Assembly (NCBI GenBank): GCA_022605425.2
Contig: CM061249.1
Span: 372,001 to 436,000, forward strand
DNA from: Hamiltosporidium tvaerminnensis FI-OER-3-3
Taxonomy: Eukaryota > Fungi > Microsporidia
DNA: 64,000 nt
Direction: 5' to 3'
Part shown: positions 36,506 through 46,871 of the stretch, in pieces
Layout: every line of letters starts with the position of its first letter
Numbering within the stretch: position 1 is the stretch's first letter
Program-made: the position numbers and the translations under genes
Notes under the pieces: model-generated
Told to the model about the DNA's origin: nothing
The model's database searches: none
The model's input: the letters and a program-made list of their open reading frames with translations, nothing else

Positions 36506-38263
36506 TCATCTTGCACCAAAAGGTTTTGATGAGTTTGAGTTAATAATAGATTTAATAATAAATACTATTATAACAATAAAAACTATTGTAAAAAGGGTAC
36601 CAAAGATTACAGCAAAAATTAAAGATATTTTTCGTTCAGTTCTATTAAAATTCGAACTTGTATTTTGCCCAAAATTTATAGAACTGTATCCTTCACCCAT
36701 TTCTATAGATTTATAATATCTAGATCGGTATCTTTCTAGTTCACTAGCCAATATTAAAGTATCAATGTTTGAAAAATCTTGAATATTTTTTGAGAATGAA
36801 TAAATGCACAAATAAAACGGCAAATAAACATCCTGCAAAATACCATTCTGACAAGTAAGTGCGTGTTTTTTTAGTTTGTAAATTGATACATTTGCACTTC
36901 TTAATAAAAATATTGGTTTACAGAATTTTTCTATATTATAGGTGCTTTGAATCACATTAAAATCTTTATGTAAAATTTCAGACACCGTAGAACATATTTT
37001 ATCAAAACCGAAGCCGTCTAATGCATTGATAATTTTATAATCAGTGGAATATAAAATCTCAGCCAATCTATAACATTCGAAAATAAAAAAAAGCGTATTT
37101 TCTTGGATAGAAACATCATCCAAATTTAAATTTTTTATCCGTTCACGATGAATCATAACTACACAGCCTAAAGCCAAATTCATATAAGAATCATTTTGTA
37201 TAGATAATCTTTGGTATATACTGATTAAAACATGTAAGAACATCGATATTTTTCTAGATTCACCTAAAAAGAAACAAGAAGTACGATTAAAGCAATCATT
37301 TACAAGAGCAAAGACATCATCGTCGCGTAAACTGAATCGATTTGTTTGATAATTTCTTAAAGATGACCCCACGAAATCTATATATACACCTTCATTTGAG
37401 ATTGTCGAAATATTATTAGCGTAATTAAATACATTTTTAATAGAAATAGGCACACTACAATTGAAATTATGATTTTTAAAAAAATTTGTATTTTTAAAAA
37501 GTGCATTGAAAAGCTTTTTAAAATTATCATAAATCTTTGCATCTGATACATCACATTTGTTATTTAAAATTTTATGTAATAAATTGGAACTTCCATATCT
37601 AGAAAAAGTTAACAGAATATAAAGCGCAAAATATCCTTTATAATTGAATTTGATTGTATCTCGAAAAAAACTAGCTTTTGATCCATTGTTAAATTCAGCA
37701 TTTAGAAATGGTGACGAAATATTTATATTTCTAAGTAAACTATTGACACTGGATAAATTATTGTTGATACCGAAAGAAAATGAAATATTTGCGCCAAAAC
37801 CGTCATTCTCTATGCTATTCATTGTTGCCATTATATAATTCTGTATTTCAGAATCATTTCTAACCATTTCATTGAGTTTTATAAACGATTCCAAGTTATA
37901 TAGAGTTTCGATTGGGGGCATCGAACTTATATATTTTTCATTGGTTGAATGTGATTGTAAAATTGGCGTAAACACAAGCAACAAGAAATCAGAATATCTA
38001 TGAAGAACATATCGTACATCTGAATCAGTTATTTTGTACAAAAAACTTAGTATTGCATTGTATTCGCTACGCTCGGATATCGGAAAACTATTATAATGAA
38101 TATTTTCAAACGTACCAGATGCGTTAAAATTAAGATTAACATCATTTATTATATTTCTTGGTATTCTAATTCTAACAGAATTATTTTTCTCAAGTAATTT
38201 ATCAAAATATTTTTTTTCTGAAGATAAATTGTCGAATGATATATGCATGGGGTGTTTAATCAT
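36506..38263 (-). CDS. hypothetical protein with a single C-terminal transmembrane helix, 585 aa
   Basis: Long ORF ending ISLIFAVIFGTLFTIVFIVIIVFII plus a short tail; no recognised domain; true start uncertain. Confidence 0.75.
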   Translation of the reverse strand: MIKHPMHISFDNLSSEKKYFDKLLEKNNSVRIRIPRNIINDVNLNFNASGTFENIHYNSFPISERSEYNAILSFLYKITDSDVRYVLHRYSDFLLLVFTPILQSHSTNEKYISSMPPIETLYNLESFIKLNEMVRNDSEIQNYIMATMNSIENDGFGANISFSFGINNNLSSVNSLLRNINISSPFLNAEFNNGSKASFFRDTIKFNYKGYFALYILLTFSRYGSSNLLHKILNNKCDVSDAKIYDNFKKLFNALFKNTNFFKNHNFNCSVPISIKNVFNYANNISTISNEGVYIDFVGSSLRNYQTNRFSLRDDDVFALVNDCFNRTSCFFLGESRKISMFLHVLISIYQRLSIQNDSYMNLALGCVVMIHRERIKNLNLDDVSIQENTLFFIFECYRLAEILYSTDYKIINALDGFGFDKICSTVSEILHKDFNVIQSTYNIEKFCKPIFLLRSANVSIYKLKKHALTCQNGILQDVYLPFYLCIYSFSKNIQDFSNIDTLILASELERYRSRYYKSIEMGEGYSSINFGQNTSSNFNRTERKISLIFAVIFGTLFTIVFIVIIVFIIKSIINSNSSKPFGAR

Positions 38264-38354
38264 TTCTAATAATATAAATTTGTTTTTTGATGAATTACTA
38301 TATTTTCATTGGTTCACAGCTATTTTTATCTATTTATTTATTTTTTCTTGTAAA

Positions 38355-38986
38355 TTGTGGAGGGAGGATAACTACATAAAAAACTTTCTGCTTGGCAATG
38401 AGTGAGTGAAACTGGTATGAAGATCATTGTTTGGATTTTTGGTGGGAATACTACCACACTACATTTTCGGTTGTTTCATGGGAGTTGTTATGAGGAGGAG
38501 AGGGCTAAGAAATGGCAAAAATTTTTCTATAAATTTATTTGTAGTTTTTTATGTACCAGATTGCGGACCGCAGCTGAACATGTAGGTAATTTCCTGTAAA
38601 ATCATGGAAACCTAGCCTTGCTCACTCGGGTTAGAAGACTTAGCGCCTGGGCGATATAAAAATAGAAACTATTAAAAGCCAGCTGTAGCGTTATACCTGT
38701 TGTTGACTTATTGTCAGGTGAACCCTGTAAATCTCTAAATATATCTTGTAATTTATTGTTCAAAGTGTAGTGAATGCTCATGTCTTGCCCTTGCCTTTTC
38801 TTGCAACGGACATTAACGAACTCGTACTGCCTACCTTTAATTAGGTTCTAACCTGGTTAGGTTTGGCTGTATCGGTTACCGTGGGTTGGTGCAGTCATTA
38901 TGTTAAACTTAGAACTGCGTTAATGTCATGAAAACAATCTAACACTTGCCACTATTTTAAAAAGATATGATACTTTTAAATAAAAA
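38355..38986 (+). repeat. long structured dispersed repeat with 16-bp target-site duplication (internal deletions)
   Basis: Colinear with 61382-62109; TATTTTTTCTTGTAAA at 38339-38354 and 38987-39002; A-rich end TAAATAAAAA. Confidence 0.93.
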
Positions 38987-39141
38987 TATTTTTTCTTGTA
39001 AAATTACATTAAAAATATTCTCACTTTTTCTTGTAAAATTACAATAAAAAATATTCTCACTTTTTCTTGTAAAATTACAATAAAAAATATTCTCACTTTT
39101 TCTTGTAAAATTACAATAAAAAATATTCTCACTTTTTCTTT
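38982..39141 (+). repeat. 36-bp minisatellite x~4.4
   Basis: Unit ATATTCTCACTTTTTCTTGTAAAATTACAATAAAAA at 39015, 39051 and 39087, with a partial unit at 39123. Confidence 0.95.
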
Positions 39142-39989
39142 TATTATCAAAGAATTAAATTAGAGCAACTCCTTTTTATATAAATTAAGAAAATATCACT
39201 GAGAATTTTTATAAGAAAGTAGATCAAGTTGTAATACGAAATTATTTAAAAAAAATTTACAAATTGTAATTTTTTTAACAGCTTAAAAATTTAAGATTTA
39301 AACAAGCTTTGCAGATTTAGATATTTAGATAGGTTTCATTTTAAATCTTATTTTATATTAATCACAATTAAATACACTTTTAGTTATGATAGAATAAAAT
39401 ACGAATTTAATCAATAAAATACTCTTTTATAGTAATTATTCATTAATATTTATTGAAATATAAATTTTAAGAAACAATTTAAATAAATGAATGTAAAAAC
39501 TCAATTTTAAAATTTTGAAAGCAAGATATAGCAAAAAAAAATAAGAAAATTGCATTAGAGCTTGGAATTTAACATCTTAATTTATAAAAAAAACAAATTT
39601 GTGCTAATTAATCTAAATAAAGAAAAATTACAAAAAAAATCAAAAAAAATATTTTAATTTAATTAATCTTTTGAAAACTAAAGAAAAAAATTAAATTGAT
39701 TCAAAAAAACTATAAAATAAAGCATTTAAAACGTATACTAAAATAGAAATCAAATTCTAATTGCTTGTAAAACTTGACTCATTTCTGTTGATAAAAATAC
39801 CTTGAATTTAAATATAAAAATCTGCATTATTTAAATCCGTATTTTAAAATAGTTTTTTATTCAAAATATTTTTTTTAGTAACAGCATTTTTATGATACTT
39901 TAAAAATAGAAAAAAATAATTACACGTCAATATTCTGCATTCCTGAGTATTTTTTGTCAGTATTATATTTATTTTTCAATTATTAAATA

Positions 39990-40370
39990 AATGATTTGGT
40001 CCAATCAGTTTGTATTGTGGCTTGTCTTCTTCATTTTATATCTTAAGGGAATATTCCTTCATTCTTTAGTCGATCTTATTTCCATAGTTAAGCAAGTATA
40101 TTGTCGTTAAACAGATTTATAAACAATTTGGATTTACTATTTTGTTTCTTTATTTCTAATAGTCTTATTTTTTTTTATTGTCTAAAATACGAAATACTCA
40201 CAATTTTCTTCCGCTTCTAAATTTTCTTGTAGATCAGTTACAAAGGCTATTCATTTTAACCAATTGAATTCAATCGTAGTCTAGAATAAAAATTTGGTTT
40301 TATTGTTGTTTTGTACAAAAAGCTTGAATATATGCCTCTATTCATAACAGTATTCTAATTTTCCATGGTA
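39990..40370 (-). pseudogene. decayed Ty3/gypsy reverse transcriptase relic
   Basis: Minus-strand pieces occur in gypsy RT order: NRGI, FILDY..LN, LQENL...CEYF..(L)D, LKNEGIF. Many stops and frameshifts. Confidence 0.45.
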
Positions 40371-41042
40371 TATTTTTAAAATTTCTTAAAAATGTCTTCA
40401 AGTTATCATATAAGGTATTATATTATCTCAATAAAAACTCTATAAATAATATTTAACATTAGACAAGAAATTGTTACCTTCTAAATTTTCGTTTGTTTTA
40501 GGGATTGAAGCCTAGGTTACGAAATAATCAAAAATATGTTTAAGTATTTATATAACTATCCTGTAAATCTGTACGTTTATATCGTTTATCAAGTATCCGC
40601 AATTTTATTTAGGTTTCTATCCTGATTTATAAGTAGAATTTTCCGGAACCTTTTTGTTAAAATGACTCTTTCCCTGTTTTTTACGTTAAAATTAAAATTT
40701 TTCAATAAATCAATACCGATGTCAATTTACTTTATTATTTCCAATGTTTTAATATTTGAGGAAATTGAGACCAATTGACTTAACTTATGAATTATTTGCT
40801 TAGAACTTACAGTTTTAAAGTTTTTTTCCGGATCTCGGAATGTATTTTTGTTCTAAATAAAAAAAATCATCATGTAATTATATAGTTTCTTCAAAAAATC
40901 TTACAGATTTTCCCTTAAATAGCCAAATTTAAATTATTTCTAGTTTTATATAACTTGTAATGTATTTTACATTTCGTTATAGCTATTTGCGAGTTTATTT
41001 TCCGAGATTCTTGTTTTAACTTATATTTCAGTGGTAAATACT

Positions 41043-41757
41043 CTATTCAAAATATCATACCTTTGTAAAGACAGTGGCAAGTGTTATAATGATTTTACTA
41101 AATTAACCCAGTTCTAGGTTTAACATAAATAACTGCTCCCTCAGCACTCCATCAGTACCTCTTACGATATCTACGTCCCGGAGATTTTCATATAAAAAGC
41201 CATAAAAATCAAAAAAGAGGTGGTTAGTTGCTTGGCGTTCGTTTTTTTTGTGAAATAGTGTAATCGCAGGCTGAAACCCACCCTGTACCGCTCAAGGCCA
41301 TGCAGCATTCTCACTTTCTCTACCCCTTCCGAACCTAATAAACTTTTAGCTTTGATATAGCTCTGGGACTCACATATGATCCATTTGGACAGTGCGATGT
41401 TATATAACAAGTAAACCTGGTATTTGTCACCTTGGATTTGAACGTTATTTTTGTTTTTCACAGGCTCTAAGTACTCTAACATAGTAAGCACGGCTAGGCT
41501 TGCATGCTTCTACATGGCAATTATCTATCAGTTTCTCATCGGTTTGCGATCTAGTTACATAAAAAACAATAAAGCTTTTTCTGAAAAAAGTTTCCCAATT
41601 TTGTATACCATCTCTTCAAAAAAACTCTCATAGAAAAATCGAAAACATATACATTGTATGGTTTTATTCTTACCAAGAATCTAAACAACGATTTTATATA
41701 TCAATTTCAGATAGATATTACCAAGCAGATAGCTTTATGTTGGTTATTTTTCTTTCG
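41043..41757 (-). repeat. long structured dispersed repeat, divergent copy
   Basis: The reverse complement contains CTGCTTGG, CCATGTAGAAGCATG, CCTAGCC and GATGGAGTG...GCAGTTATTTATGTTAAACCTAGAACTG...TAACACTTGCCACT. Confidence 0.9.
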
Positions 41758-41787
41758 TTTACATTAAATAATAGTTGACACAGTTAC

Positions 41788-41998
41788 TATCCAATTCCTC
41801 TTTTATCTCTCGTTGCTGAAGATGAATAAATGAAAGTTTTACATTTGTTTCTTTTAATCTGCTGTAACTCGAGATTATAGGATATCGGCCTACTGATACG
41901 GTGTAGTCTATATCTTACCTTGATTGTAGCAATGATTTCTCCACAAAATATACACACTCTTTGCTAACTAGATAGTTTTTAATTTGGTTATACACCCT
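41788..41998 (-). repeat. short dispersed repeat copy, tandem and ~30 bp upstream of a long copy
   Basis: The reverse complement has the head ATAACCA...AAATCATTG, core CCTATAATCTCGAGTTACAGCAG and tail TAAAAGAGGAATTGG. Confidence 0.88.
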
Positions 41999-42400
41999 AG
42001 TCTCAAAATAATATTTAATCAAAAAAAGATCTTATTGGATTAAAGACTATTAGAATTATACAATTCTAATCTATAGCAAGATGAAAAAAAGTACTATAAG
42101 CCTTTCAACCTTAGTTAATAAGAATATTAGATGAATAAGTTTGAATATATTTACAAAATGAAATAAATTAATTTTAATTACGATGACATCTTTTTTAAAA
42201 TTTTTCCCAAAATATAATATTAAAAGAACATTCTGAATATCTTGTAAAACAATTTGATAACGTTTTAAATAAAGAATAATGTTTTATCAATTTTGATACA
42301 ATGTTTGATTGGAAATAAGCAAACATTTAGACTTTATTTAGCAAATTCCATACAAATTTGTAAGAGAAAAGATTTAAATAAAAATATTTTTCTTTCTATC

Positions 42401-44701
42401 ATGAAGATTATTGTTGTAGTTCATCACTTACCTCTTTGTGTAAGTATAAATAAAAATCGTACTGAAGCTATGAAACAGCATATTTCTAGGCCCTTGATAG
42501 AGTCAAAACAATTTTATAGAGGAAGAAACCTTACCTCTGTTCTAAAGGCCTCTCACGATATATCAATTGAAAATGAAAATGAACTTCATTTTTTCTATAA
42601 GCCTATGCATAGTACTTTTTTGAGAGATATGCACGGCGATGTTGTATTTTTGGGAATACCTGGTCTTTTTAACCAGGAAATTTATAATTTTTTGACTGAA
42701 AAAGAGAAAAAAGAAATTCATGAGAAATTTATGAAACACAAGTATCATCCGATTTTGTTGGATTTTTCTGAATTCGAGGGGAGATATAACGATTATAGTG
42801 AAATGAAGGTCAGAAATGTTTGCTTTTGTACATTTTGGAATGACGTTTTTTTAAGATTTGATGAAGAACCGGCTTTTAGAGATTTAAAAAAGCTGAATCA
42901 AATATATTTAGAAAAGTTAATGAAGATTTATGAAGATGGTGACATTGTTTGGATAATGGATCATGAGTTCTGGTTATTGCCCAGAATGATAAGAGACCTA
43001 AAAAAAGAAGCATATATTGGCCTTAGTCAAATGGTTCCATTCCCTAGCTCTGAATTATTCCGATGTCTACCAAATCCAAAAATATTTCTCGATTCTCTTC
43101 TTTCAGCAAGCTATATTGAGTTCCAGAACAAATCTTACCTTGATAAATTTATTTTTACAAATTCAAATATTATGGGTATTTCAGGAAAATCCTTTATTGG
43201 TCCTGATAAAAAGGTTACTGCATGTATTTCACGGAACGATTCTCGTGTTTTCTTAGGAGTTGGAAAAATTGGTATTGATATACCTAAGATAAATACTGTT
43301 TTAAAAGCCCCCGAGTGTCAGGAAATAGCTAAATCTTATTCGGAAAAGTATAAAGGTTACAAAATACTTGTATCAATATCGACCTTAAACAATTCCTATA
43401 CAAATACGAATTTTCTCATGGCTTTAGAAGCCTATCTACACAAATACGATAAAAATATCGCATTGATTCATATTGAAATACCTGAAGGGAATACCGATTT
43501 AGAAATAAAATCCGAAACACATCTTTTAAAACAATTTTTAATGGTAAATTATCCGTTGGTGCGAATTGAAACGGTGATATCTGAAGATGACTTTAAGTAC
43601 TATGCATTGCTTTCTATTGCCGACCTTGGAATAGTTTTATCAGAAAGAAGCGCTATATCAAGGCCTTGTTTAGATTTTATTGCGTCACAAGAAAAAAATA
43701 TGGCTCCTTTGATTGTTTCGGAATTTTCTCATTTCAATGATGACTTAAACTTGATTAGAGTTAATCCCAAAAATGCTGTCGATATAGCCGATAAAATGAA
43801 TTATGCGCTTAATCTTGATCCAGAAACCAAAATCGAAATACATTCGACTCTAATAAATGAAATCGAAACCCATAACATTCATTACTGGATGGAACATTTT
43901 ATATATAATTCTGCTAAACATAAACATATATCATTTAAAAAATCGATAGATTATTCCGAAATTGTAGAAAATTATAAAAAAGCAGATAAAAGATTATTTC
44001 TATTAGATTATGATGGCACAATTCAAGATATTTGTCCTTTACCCGAACAAGCTTTTCCTTCGGAAGAGATTAAAAATCTTCTAAAAAAACTAAGGTCAGA
44101 TACAAGAAATGAAATATATATTATAACCGGAAGAGACTACCGCAATGCTAATGATTGGTTTTCTTCTTTGGATATAGGATTGTATGCGGAACACGGAATG
44201 TATCTTAAAAATGGTAAAGAGTGGGTATGTGACCCAGTAGATTTGACATGGAAAAATCAAGCAAGAAAAATAATTAATTTTTTTGTCGAAAGAACACCTG
44301 GATCGCAATTAGAAGAAAAAAACACATCGATGGTTTTTCATTACAGAAATTCAAGCCAACTAATAAAAAAGAAACAATCAATAGCATGTAAGAACATACT
44401 TGAAAAGCTTTTAGCATACAAAAAGAATCTAGAGGTAACTGAAGGAAAAGACATTATTGAGATTAGAGTAAATGGACTAAACAAGGGCAAGATAGCTCGA
44501 AAAATAATAGCCAATCAAAAATATGATTTCATTTTAGCTGCGGGTGATGACACTACGGATCAGGAAATGCTAGAGATTGGACTTTCAACGAAAAAATTTT
44601 ATTCTGTAAGTGTTAATAAAGGCGACTCCTGTGCAAAATTTCATATTGAAAATCCGGGTTTGTTCAGAAAGCTTTTATTACAATTAACCGAATTTAAATA
44701 A
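42401..44701 (+). CDS. TPS2: trehalose-6-phosphate phosphatase with degenerate GT20 synthase-like domain (Tps2-type)
   Basis: GT20 remnants (GDIVWIMD, PFPSSELFRCLP) plus intact HAD-IIB motifs LLDYDGT, ITGR, AEHG, NKG and AGDDTTD. First ATG is at 42401. Confidence 0.9.
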   Translation: MKIIVVVHHLPLCVSINKNRTEAMKQHISRPLIESKQFYRGRNLTSVLKASHDISIENENELHFFYKPMHSTFLRDMHGDVVFLGIPGLFNQEIYNFLTEKEKKEIHEKFMKHKYHPILLDFSEFEGRYNDYSEMKVRNVCFCTFWNDVFLRFDEEPAFRDLKKLNQIYLEKLMKIYEDGDIVWIMDHEFWLLPRMIRDLKKEAYIGLSQMVPFPSSELFRCLPNPKIFLDSLLSASYIEFQNKSYLDKFIFTNSNIMGISGKSFIGPDKKVTACISRNDSRVFLGVGKIGIDIPKINTVLKAPECQEIAKSYSEKYKGYKILVSISTLNNSYTNTNFLMALEAYLHKYDKNIALIHIEIPEGNTDLEIKSETHLLKQFLMVNYPLVRIETVISEDDFKYYALLSIADLGIVLSERSAISRPCLDFIASQEKNMAPLIVSEFSHFNDDLNLIRVNPKNAVDIADKMNYALNLDPETKIEIHSTLINEIETHNIHYWMEHFIYNSAKHKHISFKKSIDYSEIVENYKKADKRLFLLDYDGTIQDICPLPEQAFPSEEIKNLLKKLRSDTRNEIYIITGRDYRNANDWFSSLDIGLYAEHGMYLKNGKEWVCDPVDLTWKNQARKIINFFVERTPGSQLEEKNTSMVFHYRNSSQLIKKKQSIACKNILEKLLAYKKNLEVTEGKDIIEIRVNGLNKGKIARKIIANQKYDFILAAGDDTTDQEMLEIGLSTKKFYSVSVNKGDSCAKFHIENPGLFRKLLLQLTEFK

Positions 44702-45911
44702 TTGGTTTAATAAAATAGTAAAATGATATTTTCATTTTTTATATGTTTTCAAGGTAAAATTTTTTATAACACATTTAATTATAATTAGATTGATATAATT
44801 AGATAACGTATCTGAAATTAAATTATTTTTTCGTTATTTTTTGTTTCTTTTAAAAAGTTTTTTTGATTTTTATAAACTTAAATATATGTTTCTTCATATT
44901 CAAAGAACTATGAACTTAAGCTTACAGACATGGAAACTTTAAATGAGAAATAAAATGAATAAACATTTAAATCGCGTATTGAAATACAAAATGTTATACC
45001 TAATTATAACCAATATATCATTTGTCAAGGATAGCTTAATTTTTTCAAGGTTAGAAAATTAAAATTGTATAAACTGCTTGCAAATAAAAACCGATTTATA
45101 CATACATGTTGTAATTAAAAGAATAACAAATTTAATGAAAAGATTCATTTTTGACGGATTTACAGAATATAGACCGAAAAACCAGTGTGCCATTAAGAAT
45201 AAATGTTTATAAAAAAATATATTAAATAAATCTTATATTTTTATTTTACCTCCGAACAGAATTTGAATCCGAAAAAGTTGTTTAGTAAGCAGAAAGGAAT
45301 CAATGAATGATACCATAGAATTTGCTAATATTATTATTTAGTAAAAAAATACTTTCATTCGTATGTAAAATCTCCATAACAGAGCTGTTTTATATCATCG
45401 TATTTTTTCACTTTAGATTTCAATTCAATAGTAGTCACAAAGAATAAACTAAAAAAATCGAATGTAAAAAAACAGTGCAAAAGAATAAAACAGAAGTAAC
45501 CAAATAACAATAAAATACTAAAATTAATTACTTTCAATTTAATTATGGTACATCTTATCTAAACACACAAAATAATCATTTACCATTTTAAAAAAACAAC
45601 GTAAATGAGACATAAAAAAGGAAGCGATAAAATATTTTCAATAATTCAAATATTCTTTAATAATTCTTTTTAATTACGATTCAATGAAGACAAATTGATT
45701 TTAATTAATACCTAATGTATAGAAATATTATTGCATTACATTTAATTGTAAATATTATAACTATTTAATCTAAAAAACTCAAATTAAATATTTTCTAATC
45801 TAAAGATATATATTTATAAATTAAAATTGTGCCAAAATTAGTAATTAATTTTAATGTAAAATTTTTAATATAAAAAACCTAGAATATATAAAAATCTACC
45901 TTTTTTAATAT

Positions 45912-46367
45912 ATGGATGATAATTTCTACACGAATATAAAAACAGAACACGATCTATTGATACATCTCAACAAATACAAAAACTCCCCCTGTGATATATT
46001 TAAACTAGCATTTTTTAACGACCAAGATTTTATTAAATTAGCTGAAAGATATGTTTACATGAAAAATATTTTAAAAAGAAATATGAGCACTCGTATGAAT
46101 ATAATGGCAATGAATATTTTAAATAGAAAATATATTGAATTGCTACATATATTTCACAGATTGAGAAATAAAACAGATATTCCTAAAAATATAAATGGCA
46201 ATAAGTCATGCGTTCTCAGTATTTTTAAAACTTTGTGTATTTTTATTTTGGTATTTTCTCTTTCATTTTCATTTACATTTTTTTTACGGTGTATTTTGAA
46301 ATATATTTTGATGAGTTTTGTGTTAACAAGAAGAAATAATGTTTTAAGAAATTTAGAATATAATTAG
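45912..46367 (+). CDS. hypothetical protein with C-terminal hydrophobic segment, 151 aa
   Basis: ATG-initiated ORF with TM-like IFKTLCIFILVFSLSFSFTFFL. Confidence 0.6.
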   Translation: MDDNFYTNIKTEHDLLIHLNKYKNSPCDIFKLAFFNDQDFIKLAERYVYMKNILKRNMSTRMNIMAMNILNRKYIELLHIFHRLRNKTDIPKNINGNKSCVLSIFKTLCIFILVFSLSFSFTFFLRCILKYILMSFVLTRRNNVLRNLEYN

Positions 46368-46871
46368 TAATAAATTAATTGTTCTATCTGTTTATACAAT
46401 ATAAGATTTTATTTATTTAGTATGTTTATCCGAATAAAAGATATAATTAGTAAATCAATGGAATAATTATCGTCCACACAATGATGAGATTAAAAGCTGT
46501 TTTCTTAAAACATCTATAAATTTACAAATAGGGGAATTGCCAGTTAAAAAATAAAATATTTATGAACTAATAAATGTCTGCATTGTTGTTCTATAGTCTT
46601 ACTAACAAGTATACTACAGCTATAAATATTTTACAGATTAGTTCAACAGAAGGTCAGAAAAATATAAAAAATGATGAAATTTAAAAAAATACGAAATTTT
46701 ACGAATGTATTGATTATATTTAACAGTTAAAATCAAATACTAATCACCAAGCATACTAATTATAAAATAAATGGTAATTTTAATATAATTATAGAATTAA
46801 GTATAAAATAGAATTGAAAATTAAATATTTATCCAATAGATGATAAAAGAAGAAAGAATTTTAGGAAATAT

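Noticed and set aside
38266-38309. Short GT..AG intron linking an upstream ATG to the 585-aa ORF
   Set aside because: Splicing it out would leave the upstream ATG out of frame.
38982-39141. 36-bp repeats as a CRISPR array
   Set aside because: They are head-to-tail tandem units without spacers, in a eukaryotic context with no cas genes.
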